A stretch of 64,000 nucleotides of DNA, from NCBI GenBank assembly GCA_051362555.1, contig CM120642.1, forward strand, positions 23,560,001 through 23,624,000. The letters run 5' to 3'. Under the pieces are notes generated by a model. The model had not been told where the DNA came from, ran no database searches, and saw nothing but the letters and a program-made list of their open reading frames with translations. Source of the DNA: Lingula anatina. Its lineage: Eukaryota; Animalia; Brachiopoda. Below are positions 53,400 to 64,000 of this stretch, piece after piece; the first letter of the stretch is position 1, and each line of letters opens with the position of its first letter. A program made the position numbers and the translations under genes.

Positions 53400-54655
53400 T
53401 AGTTAAGAAGAACATTCGTGCACTGATGATGACATGAATGAAACTGAGGAAAATGTAACTGAACACAAACCAGGAGTTGAAGATAGTGTAGATGCAGAAA
53501 GTGAAGATGACATTGTTGGCATTAGCATATGACAGCTGTTTGGAACCTTTGGATCTTTGTGCTGATGTACTTAGTGAGCTTGAAAACCATATATATTCAG
53601 TAGTACCAGCTGAAGAGAACAAACCACATTCTATTTTGCATACGCCACATGATGAAGCAATTGCTTTCCCTGCATTATTTCCTCACAGATGTGGTCATTT
53701 TAATGATGAAAGAGAAACAAAGATAACAAGAGCTAAATAGATCAATGCAAGATTGTTCAACACAGATTTGCTAAAAACTCGGGATACATATTCTACTGTC
53801 ACGCTGTGACTGAGCTAGCTAACATGCTCTCAGGAATAAGTATTCAAACACGCAAAGGTGTGGCTTCTAAAAATGGACTAAACATAATGGCCGGTATGCT
53901 AGCAGATCATGAACAAGTGTACAACATGCTGAAATCTGATCAAGGGTTTTTTCTCATATGCAATCAGTTCGAAGATCACCAGAATATTAGAGAAAGACAA
54001 TGAATGATTTGTTTGCAAAGATTTGTCAAATCGGAACACCAACTTGGTTTTGTGTGTTCAGTGCAGCAGAACTCTCAAGGTGGCCACAGGTGATTGACAC
54101 CGTTGCCAGACAAAATGGAAAGCCTCTTGATTTTGAAACAATCAGTTTCAATGAAAAAGCAGAAATCATAAGGTCTAATTATGTAACAACCATCAGAATG
54201 TGGTATTCTCGAGTTCAACATTTCCTGAGATTCTTGCAAAGTCCAGCACATCCTCTTGGAGTCACTGAAGATTACTTTATCAGAACTGAATTTCAGATGT
54301 GTGGCAGTCCCCACGTTCATTGTTTGTTCTGGGGAGAAAATGCTCCAAAACTTGATACCAACACTAATGAGGAAGTTTGCAATTTCACTGACCAGTAAAT
54401 ATATCTTGTCAATTGCCAGATGAAGAGCAAAACCCAGAGTTATATGAACTAGTTAGTGCTGTGCAGACTCATAGCAAGATGCACTCAAAATCATGCAAGA
54501 AGGGCAAGAAGATATGTCGTTTCAACTTTCCTAAACCTCTAGATTCTAGAACATCAATTGTCAGACCAAAGTTACAGGATGAAAGCACAACAGAACAAAC
54601 ATAAGACAAGGTCAATCCAGCCACGGTGAAAAAATATCTTGCAAGGATGAACTTA
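53400..54655 (+). mobile_element. Helentron/Helitron Rep (HUH) domain fragment, degenerate
   Basis: PAEENKP..EAIAFPALFP..NARLFN..DLFAKICQIGTPTWFCVFSAAE..YFIRTEFQMCGSPHVHCLFW..HSKSCKK..CRFNFPKP. Confidence 0.9.
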
Positions 54656-54818
54656 CTGTACTGTACTGTTTCTGTAGGAAACAGTGGCAGCTGCGCTTTA
54701 TGATCCAGTGTGATCACTGTGGTGAGTGGTACCATGGCTCCTGTGTAAACATAACACCTACAGAAGCTCTGGACATCCTCACATACAAGTGTGCGGATTG
54801 TAAGGATCAAGGCCAGTA
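54656..54818 (+). pseudogene. PHD finger fragment
   Basis: [33 protein letters not shown] (C4HC3). Confidence 0.85.
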
Positions 54819-54861
54819 GAAACCTCTGTCGAGATATTTGAAAAGATAGTAACACTGTACC

Positions 54862-56846
54862 TTTATCTTTCCAGATAACATGGACAACATATTGACATGG
54901 CCCAGGAGGCAGTTTTGCTTGGAGAGGTCCAGGGGGACATTGGGGCTGAGGAACCTAGCATTCCAGCCGCTGCAGCTACCCCCAGTGTAACACCAGCAAT
55001 AGCAACAGGGAGTACGGCCCGTAGTGCTCTCAATGAGACTCCTGAGGCGGCCAGGTATGGTTCAGTAAGTTGGGCAGAGCAGGTGGAGCTGAGTGAAAGG
55101 CCCACCAGACGAACGAGGCGTGGTAGTCTACTGCCGCCATGGCAGCGACTCCCTCTGATGCGACCATGCCCTCTCCCAACCTTCAGGTAACGGTAGGTAC
55201 CACTAACAAAGTAGTGGAGCGGCGGGTGGCAGTACCACCACCTCCCCGCCACATCGCCATAACTGCGGTAGGTATGCGGGCTCCCTCCCTTCATGGATGT
55301 CCGGTCCCTGACTGTAGGGGCCGAGAAACAGTGGCCCATGCATTTGAGGCCCATTTGCCGCACATTTTCCTGGTCAGTCTCTCCGGTCGGGATGTGGTAA
55401 GTAGGCGGACAGGAGCCCTGAAATTCCTCATCTCCTCACTGATGGGGGCCCCAAGCCACCCTGGCTCAGTTGGTGCGTTATGGTGAGGCCCTGGGGTTTC
55501 CAGAAGGGAATGAAGAGGTCAGTTCTCAGTTGGCACTGGCCATGAAAGAGTTTGGTGCCCTGTTCGGCCAATCTGAGGGGCCCTTCCAGGTGTTGGCCCA
55601 CAACAATGGCCCGCAAGCCCTCCTTCGTTGGAGGTTTCTATTGAGGGTAGCTGCCCTCCTGGAGAAGAGTCAGCTTCTCCAATGGCAAGACCTTTTTCCC
55701 CTCTCGGAGGAAGAGCGGGTTGCCCATCTGCCCCGCCTCCCTGAGGGCTTTGATGCTCACTTTCACCTTGACCGGACCTCACTTTGGTTGGGGTTAAAGG
55801 GCCTGTCCCTCCAACAAGTTGTCTAGGGCAAGGACAAGGATTCCCTGTATCCGTTCACCCTCACGGGGGGGACGGCCATGTTCTGTGATCCAGACACATG
55901 GCCGGACCCCATAGAGTTGCCCGCTCTCAGAAGAATGGGGTTAGTGCTGGCGGGGGGGCTCCACCCCAAGAAGGTGGCCAGCAGTACGCAATTTGCCCAT
56001 CTGGAGACTCTCCTTTCCTCCCCAGATGTGTCTGCTGTGGGAGAGGTGGGGATCAATCACACAGCTCCCCCAGGCAAGTGGGTCGGCCAACGCCTCCTGC
56101 TAGAAAAGTCTCTCCAATTGTTGACCCCTGCCAAGTTTCTAGTTCTGCACTGCAGAGGTCTGCCAGGAGGTGAGGACAACGCACTGTTCTCCCTCCTGAT
56201 GCACCTGCAGTGCATCCCCATAAGTGCCACTCAGCTTATACACCTGCACCACTTCCAGGGGTCTATGGGGGTCTTGCGGCAGTGGATTCAGTCCTACCCT
56301 AACACCTATTTTGGGGTAGGGTCCCGCGCACTCTCTCTCCCTGGAAGAAGAATGGCGGTGGCGGAGCTGCACAGGAGTAGGGTCTTGCTGGGCTCAGTGC
56401 CCAGCAGGGTCTTGGTGCGAGGGTCTTGGTGCGGTGATTGCACCCATCTGGGGTTGCACCTGGCAGGAGGTGCTTGCCATCACGGCCAGGAACGCCAGGC
56501 TTCTATATGTGGACGGGCTCCCGCCCGAGTCGACGGGGCAGTAGTGTTTTGAAAGTGACCCCGGCTGAGAAGTGGTGCCACTCAGTGGGGGCTTGCCCAG
56601 TGGCCAGGGTAGGGTGCACCATGGCATGCTGGGCTCAGTGCCCAGCAGGCTGAAGACTAGGACCACCTTTATTTAGAAGAGGGGGCAGTGTAGTGACGCC
56701 GACCCCGGAACCGGTAGTGGAGTCGGACCACATGCGCAGCGGGCGCCCCCGCTCTCGACGTCAGCGTCACACCATAGAAGTAGAGAAAACCTTCAGGTAG
56801 GCATATCTTCCCCGATCGTGTGTTTAAGTTGCACATCGGCACATTA
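54862..56846 (+). mobile_element. 3' end of an LTR retrotransposon: TatD-family nuclease ORF (degenerate), polypurine tract and truncated 3' LTR
   Basis: GC-rich ORF pieces contain DAHFHLD, FCDP, GLHP, VGEVG, VLHCR and HLHHF. They are preceded by a splice acceptor tttatctttccag and followed by agaagagggggcag|TGTAGTG at 56675-56695. Confidence 0.75.
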
Positions 56847-58120
56847 TTGAAATAAAATTCATAGTGGATCCTGCCGCAAGGAGCCTTTATCTTAGGCTTA
56901 TGTCTTATAGCAGTCCAATAAATATTAAACAAAATTAATTGTAGATTGCTGATGCCACATCACAGGAAGAATACCAGGAGTTAACAGATGACCCCTTAGT
57001 GGATCTAGCAGCCTGCACTGCCTTGGGACTGTCACTGAAGGACAGAGATGCTTTAGTAACAGACTTGGTGCACTTCTTTGTCATTGGAAGGCATGGCCTT
57101 GCCATTAGCCAGTAAGTAAAGAATGATGTGACTAAATCCATTGCCTGCTACAATCAAAGTTGAAAAAAACCCCCAGTTATATGAACTAGTTAGTGCTGTG
57201 CAGACTCATAGCAAGATGCACTCAAAATCATGCAAGAAGGGCAAGAAGATATGTCGTTTCAACTTTCCTAAACCTCTAGAATCTAGAACATCAATTGTCA
57301 GACCCAAGTTACAGGATGAAAACACAACAGAACAGACACAAGACAAGGTCAATCCAGCCACGGTGAAAAAATATCTTGCAAGGATGAACTTATTAACTTA
57401 TTAAAGCTTGAAATAAAATTCATAGTGGATCCTGCAGCAAGGAGCCTTTATCTTAGTCTTATGTCTTATAGCAGTCCAATAAATATTAAACAAAATTAAT
57501 TGTAGATTGCTGATGCCACATCACAGGAAGAATACCAGGAGTTAACAGATGACCCCCTAGTGGATCTAGCAGGCTGCACTGCCTTGGGACTGTCACTGAA
57601 GGACAGAGATGCTTTAGTAACAGACTTGGTGCACTTCTTTGACATTGGTAGGCATGGCCTTGCCATTAGCCAGTAAGTAAAGAATGTTGTGACTAAATCC
57701 ATTGCCTGCTACCAGTAATTCAGTTATGTGATAAAATGTCCCAATTAGAAACTGATGGGTCACATTTACATAACTAAAAATTGGTATCTGGTATTGAATT
57801 AATTTGAAGTTTCAAAATATTTGTCAAGTGATTGAAGTTTAACCCTAAGTTAGCATGGATTGATTCACACTTTTTGAGCAATGTTATACAAGAGAGAGAA
57901 AATGAAATCTCATCTTTAGTCTACTTTAACTTTTCTAGGTTTGAGAAAGGTCTTAAGACACTTGGAGTTTTAGATGCAATCCGACAGTATCCAAATGTGA
58001 TGAGGAAGGCTTTCGTATATGAGCCCGAGGTACTCACAACATCGTTAGTAGAAAGTCTATCTGACATCACATGGTCACCAGAAGGCACCAACAAAAGAAA
58101 TGCAGAAGAGCAAATCCTGA
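56847..58120 (+). pseudogene. G2E3-like HECT ligase exons (56945-57111, duplicate 57506-57672, then 57939 to about 58120) with an interposed Helentron piece (about 57165-57395)
   Basis: IADATSQEEY..LKDRDALVTDLVHFFVIGRHGLAISQ|FEKGLKTLGVLDAIRQYP splices in phase. The interposed piece is nearly identical to 54425-54655. Confidence 0.75.
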
Positions 58121-58250
58121 TGACATATAGGCCCTGGCTCAGCACATGATAAAACCAGTTGAAAGGACACTAAGAGAAGTGAGAGACATGTTTGAAAGAG
58201 GCTGTACCAGGGCTTTATTTACAGGGACAGTTACAAGGGTATGACTAATT
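58115..58250 (+). pseudogene. Paralogous copy of OB-gene exon 34725-34869
   Basis: ALAQHMIKPVERTLREVRDMFERGCTRALFTGTVTR|gtatgactaatt matches ALAQQMVKPMERTVREVKDMFQRGCTRALFSGTVTK|gtatgactaatt. Confidence 0.85.
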
Positions 58251-58568
58251 CTACAACCCTCATTTGCATATGAGATCACGTGAGATGCACAAAGCTTCCC
58301 AGAAGTCAATGTACAGTTTACTTCTGGAAGTCTATACACGCGATCTTAGAGCTGCAAAAAATTTAGTCTGATTTATAAACTGGACAATTTTAAGATAGAG
58401 AGAGATGACAAGCAACTTGTTTCCATCTCTGTACTGTGTAAAATCTACTTTGAGCGTTAGCTTAGCCTCACACACGCCATTTCAATTTAGCGTTGGTGGT
58501 TGAACACCAACTGAACAAAGGAACCGTAAGTAGCAGCAACTGATGTGGTCAGTACTATTATAGGCGAG

Positions 58569-59241
58569 ATGGACAAATCGCGCTCAAGAAGCGAGCACCA
58601 GAAAAATGAGAAAAATCAACAAACTCGAGAGGGCGATCGGCAGTAAATCTGCCAGTGGGAAAAAAGAAAGCGGCAGAAAGCCAAGAGAGAAAGATCACCA
58701 AATAACAGCTACAGCGAAAAAAGGGACGACCACCAGATCCCAGGACAGGGCCAGCTCCGATCCCACAGAAACAAAGCCCAAAGAGGTCATATACTCGCTT
58801 AGGGAGCTTGAGAGCTCATGTGTCGCCTCAGTTGAAGTTGTTGATGGCGGTGACGTGATAACCATAGAGGGTCCCATAACTATGCAGGGGCTGCAGGCTC
58901 AGGTAGACACGCTGACAAATGCTATGTCAAAAATTTTGCCAGTGGTGCAGAGGATCAGTGCCACTATGGATGCACATGGTTCGTAGGGCGAGGATGGCAA
59001 CATAGATGAGAAGGAACATTTTATCGATGAGTCACATGATCACTCAGCGGCAAGAAATGACGCCACAGCTGGCGATGACGATTTGCTGGCCCTGCTGACA
59101 CAATCTCTTAAAGCCAAAGAAGCATGCGGCCCAGCTGTGGATGCTGAATTAGCAGAAAAAATTAATACTATGATGTCGACTGGTATATCTGACCATCGAC
59201 TCACAGAAGTGAAAGAGAAATACTTGTGACCGGACAACTGC
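58569..59241 (+). mobile_element. DIRS-type ORF1 (gag-like) fragment
   Basis: A low-complexity N-terminus followed by GPAVDAELAEKINTMM..EVKEKYL.PDNC, a pattern typical of animal DIRS ORF1. It is cut by a hAT end. Confidence 0.6.
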
Positions 59242-61335
59242 TGGGCTCACGCTAGCCGCTCGCAACGTTCGCTATAGCGAGTCGCATTTCAGAAATGTGA
59301 AAACAAAATTTTACTGGTTCGCAAATTTTGCGAAACTGTTTAAACAAAAAAAATGTTAGTCACCTTTCAGTGCGTTTGCTTTGATTTTACCTTGAAAAAA
59401 AAAATAGAAGTCACCACGCTGCTGTTTACGTCGTTGCCTACGTCCAAGTGAAAGTAAAAATATAGATGCCTCCATTTCGACTTCTGTTTCATGCAGAGAG
59501 ACTAATTGAAAACGAGGCAACAATCTAGAGACGGTGCTCCGGATTGTGTGATGTCATGTGTGTCTGGGTTTAGCCTTGTAGGTGTAAAAATAAACTAAAA
59601 ATGATTTTAAAAATAACTAACAAATAAATGTATGTATAATAATTATCCTCCGCCCATGTGTTTAACGGGATTAGGCAACCGAATTTTCAGTGCGGGATAG
59701 CCCGCACTAGCAGTCAGCACATGGTGCTCAACATGACGCAATGAACGATGTGTTATTTTTGAAAAGGTAAGGTGATTTTTTTATCTGATACGTAAAACAG
59801 AATTGTATTGCATGATAAATTTAAGCTTCAGAATGTCAAATGAAAAGTGAAAAAATTATTTTTCAGTAGTCGAAGCGTATTTTGCTGTAAGTTAGTTATT
59901 TTCAACAGTGAAAGGTTTACAATGGTCCACGTATTTCCGTCTTCTGATCTGTTCTTGTCTTCGGGTGACTTATTGTCGTCTGTCTTGTATTAATGAAAAT
60001 TTTGGTAAATTTATTTTGCTTTAACAGTTTGTTCCCAAAGAAAAATTTTCTTCTAAAAATGCTTACACGACCACGTGATGATTGATGCCGTGTGCACCAA
60101 GCAATTAATCATGTTTAGGGACATAAGTGCGTTCTTAATTTTTTTTTTGTGTGGGGGACATAATGATTAAATCGATGAAGTATTACCATGATTGGAAAGT
60201 AAATAAAGCCATGTGTACAATTTTGTTAAATAGTGTTTATTTTGCAATTTCAGTTGCCATTTGTGATTGTGATGAATTTTGCATTGTCATGTCATCAAGC
60301 AGTAAGGATTGCTTGTAATAAGGCTAAGCCAAGTAAGCAGTCCAAAACTGAATCGTTTTTCAACTTTGATTCACCAGTTCAGACAACCTCAGTGTCAGCT
60401 TTACCTACCAACACAGGAGACTCTGTATCAGTAACTTCCCGTAACTTGGCTGCTGTCACCACCAGTGAACAAACCGTCTTGGCAAATACTCAAACAAGAC
60501 ATAGTTTCAAAAGTAGTTGGCTTCTGCAATTTAAGTGGTTGGTTAATGAAAACAGTGAGCTTAAATGCAAGGTGTGTGTTGCTGCAAAAAAAGATAATGT
60601 TATGACCAAAGGAAAGCCAGATGATTCTGCTAAGAAAGATGATTTTGTAAAGCATGAGAAGTCTGCAGACCATAGATCAGCTCTTCGACTACCTTTCATG
60701 CAAAAAGGCATGAAGGAGGCAACAGTGAAGGCATACGATTCTGTGAAGGCAGCCATTGTTGCTCAGATGGCAACAGTATTAATGCAGGCCCAAGAAGCAA
60801 TTCCATCTGTAAAAAAAACATAGTCTGCTGAGACTTCAGATTTTCAATGTAAGAATAAGTTGAATTCCAAGTTAATTTGTATTTGTAAATTGACCATAGA
60901 CTGCTAGACTTCCATATTTATTAGATAATTGTTGATTAAATGTTATTTTAATTGATAAGTACAAGTTACTTTTCTAGATAATTTAGGATTATTGTGTGGT
61001 CTATTGTTATTCTCTGATGTAGCAATTTGGCATTATCAAACAAAATTATGACAACTCATTTATAAAACAATATTTTTTAAATTAACTTAGATTTTAACTA
61101 TAAATTCTCTACATGGTGTCAACAGCCTAAAGCATCTTTATTCTGGTGATGGTGGTTCTTATCAACACAATGACTCAATCAATGACTTCTACTCCATTAT
61201 GGCTGAAATGCTGACAGAAGATCTACATGCAGATAGAATGAGTAGTCCATATCCATTCTATGGAATTGAAGTTGATGAGGCCACTGATGTAGGCAGCAAG
61301 TCTATCATTGTGGTGTTTTTAAGATTTGTTGAACC
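59242..61335 (+). mobile_element. hAT (ZNF862-like) element, 5' part with TTF zinc finger and first catalytic Asp
   Basis: The end ctgggctcacgcta resembles a CAGGGCT TIR. Translation gives FKSSWLLQFKWL..CKVC..KHEKSADH, then an intron, then FYGIEVDEATDV..VVFLRFV. Confidence 0.8.
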
Positions 61336-63270
61336 ACCAGCAGTCCCAAAAATCTACTGGTCCTGCCATCACAACATTTCTATATAAAGACACACGCGTA
61401 CATGAACGAACACTTCAATCGCAGAACACAGGCAGCGTTAGACCGATCACTACTAGTCAAAGGATTGTGCATGCCTCATATTTCCACCACCATGAACGTC
61501 ATGTTAGCGGGCCATACTCTCATTAAGAGATTAGAATTCGAGTCCCCACACAACCTCAACCTCGATCCAGCCATTTTTAATATCCATTTTTATGGCAAAA
61601 GTGGGGCTCAGCTGGACCACTTCCTGTCCAGCAATGACTTTCTTGAAACAACGAAGCACATGGACCTCATCATTTTCCAAGTGGGTGGCAACGACGTAAG
61701 GGGCTCCCCATTTGATGTTCAGAGGATACTGGACAAGACTACACTCTTGACCCTGAGAATACAGGAAGTCAACCCCAAAGTGACAGTTTTCTGGGGACAG
61801 CTACATTTTAGATTGGCACTAAGCTGTGGATACTTTCCTACAAAGGCAGACGAGGACAGGTAGAACAATAAGCTGCTTTATCATACGTAGGCTATTTACC
61901 ATGACTTAAGCTGTATCGTGTGGCAGCACCAATCAAGCACAACCTCATCATTACGATAATCACTGGCCATGGCAGTAGGCCGCTTTGCCAAACGTAGGCT
62001 ATGTACAATGACTTGGGCTACAGTGCGTGGCCGCCCTTTGTCTAATGCAATCACATCAGTATCATCTACAACGGGACATAACGAGCCATGTTATTTTCAC
62101 ACGCTACTCACAGTGACTTAAGCTACAGCATGTAGCTGCATACAGTATTATTTTAATGAACCATGACATTGAGTCGCTCACCTTACATCAGTGTTGTTCT
62201 CTATAACATGTAATCAGGGGCGCAACACCCCCTCTCATTGCGAGCATGTCAATCAACAAAAATTTTGGTCCTTTTGCTTCCTTTTCTTCTTCTCTGAGCT
62301 GGCAGGGCTCTCTATCACTCGTATCTCTGCCATACGGAGTCTATACTTCCTTTCTCTCATTTTAGAGCTACAGCATGGAACAACCTCCAGGCCTTCCAAC
62401 ACTGGGGGAAGCTATCTACTGGGCCATGACATCGGGCCCCAGCACCCCATACAACACGTACCTGGCCCCTACAATGAACACGGGACACAGTACAACGGTG
62501 AATGCAATACCTTGCCCCAGCACCACGTGATCTCACCCCCAGCAGCAGGACCCAGCACCTCGGTGATCGCGACATCCATCACCACCAGCGTGACCCCACC
62601 CCAGCAGCAAGACCCACTGCCACGATAGCCACTACACCAGCTTCAATTCAACAAATCCAGGCCACAAAAAGGACGACAATGAGCCAACAACAGCCTCGCC
62701 CTCTCCCCCAACCCCACTCCTCTCCATCAGGTTCTCAAGGGCACCCCTACTTCCAACACATGGAAAGTGTCTTAGCTCCCCCCAACCCAAGCCCAGCAAA
62801 TAGGCTTCTGCGGGACAAACCTCCATCACTCCTATCCCTACCATGCCCTCCAAACAAACCCACCTCCCTCCTCCACTCGGCTAATCCAGGACAACGGAAA
62901 CCCCCTTCCCTCCTCTCCCTTCACATACCAAGGCCAACCTCCCTCTCAGCCTTTGTTTAACCCAGAACAAACAAACGAAAACCTGCACTACAACTTGCCC
63001 ATGCTCCACACATCCGTCCCCCATCCCTCTTCACAATCCCATGCTCCCCCAAATTTGCCCCATCAAAACATGCCCCCCCCCTCCCCCAAATCACACTTTT
63101 AGCCACACCTTTTCGCAGGAGCCCAGACATGGACATCAGGTGACAGGTAAGAAAATTCCATCAACTACTATTGACCACCATATCAACACAAAATTGAGAA
63201 ACAAAATTTGGATGAATTCATATACTTACGAGAACTCCTTCCCCCAGACGCAAACATTCCTAGCAAAGAA
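61336..63270 (+). mobile_element. Second Ngaro-group fragment: SGNH hydrolase ORF followed by a Pro/Thr-rich gag N-terminus
   Basis: VMLAGHT..GKSGA..QVGGNDVRGSPFD..FWGQL..SCGY, homologous to 28.8-29.2 kb, and IDHHINTKLRNKIW. Confidence 0.75.
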
Positions 63271-63920
63271 CCAGAAACATGACTGGACTCTGGAATTTGC
63301 TGTCCATTCTCACAGGGATGAAATCCCAGAATTGCTTCAACTTGCCCAGATAGCTTTTACCCTTCCTTTGCATACTGAAGATGCACTGAATGTGCGGCGG
63401 AGGAAAAAGATATTACTTCATTAAGAAATGAAATCTCTTCTCAGTAGAGTGCTCATTAAGACTGTTTAATAAGTAGCATGTGAGGATAATTTCATTAATA
63501 TAACATTTTCTCAGTTTTGAGTAATCATGGTTTTCAGTTTTTAGAGATCTAGATTGTTTACCTCTTGTTGATGGTTTCATCAAATAAAAACCAATTACTG
63601 AAGAGTATGTACATGTTTTCTGATCATTTTGTTTTCTCATTTAGTCTTCAAATAAGTACAATAAAAAACTTGGCATTGTAATGATTTTATTGAAAAAGAC
63701 AGTTACTAAATAAAAGTCTTTACTAAATAAGTATATTAACATTAAGTTTAGCTGCAAAACCTTATCATATCATTCCCAAAAATATTGATACAGATATTTC
63801 AATTATATGAGTCATGTTTAAAAATGACCCATTAATTTCAAGCAATGGCCCCTTGATATGCAAAATGGCCCATTAAGGGTGGCCCAGGAGGGGTCATTGT
63901 CCCATGGGTGGTTTGAGCCT
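63270..63920 (+). mobile_element. hAT C-terminal dimerisation-domain remnant and possible 3' end
   Basis: IPELLQLAQIAFTLPLHT and a possible degenerate TIR gtttgagcct at about 63911-63920. Confidence 0.55.
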
Positions 63921-64000
63921 TCCCAATCACTGGTTATATTAATAATTTATACTTTAATGCATTTTAATGCAAGATAATCTTGATTATTTCTAAAATATCT

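Noticed and set aside
53400-54655. Autonomous Helentron
   Set aside because: It has stops and frameshifts, and no helicase domain or termini are present in the window.
54897-56600. Bacterial contamination or a functional host TatD gene
   Set aside because: It is flanked by animal TE fragments, has a splice acceptor and a PPT/LTR, and contains frameshifts and a stop.

Overview
AT-rich, intron-containing animal DNA, probably a marine invertebrate (mollusc-like or another lophotrochozoan; this is inference). The left 20 kb is an ordinary gene region: the 3' part of CDK9 (+, three exons, ending at 1706) and an apparently complete ~22-exon TMC1/2/3-subfamily (TMC3-like) channel gene (+, 6352 to about 20026), with small MITEs in its introns. 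From about 24 kb to the end of the window no intact host gene is visible. This part is a dense patchwork of short, broken pieces of many mobile-element families (Gypsy, BEL/Pao, Ngaro/DIRS, RTE-like LINE, hAT, Harbinger-like, Helentron) and likely cargo genes (OB-fold, HECT, PHD, SGNH, TatD), interleaved with HINE-type satellites. Every coding fragment I can recognise there is on the + strand. Many pieces are fused end to end without target-site duplications, and some junctions show microhomology. This fits a flamenco-like unistrand piRNA cluster or a transposon-fragment archive. One fragment is an LTR-retrotransposon 3' end carrying a TatD nuclease ORF where env would normally sit. All family assignments come from motif recognition by eye, not database searches.
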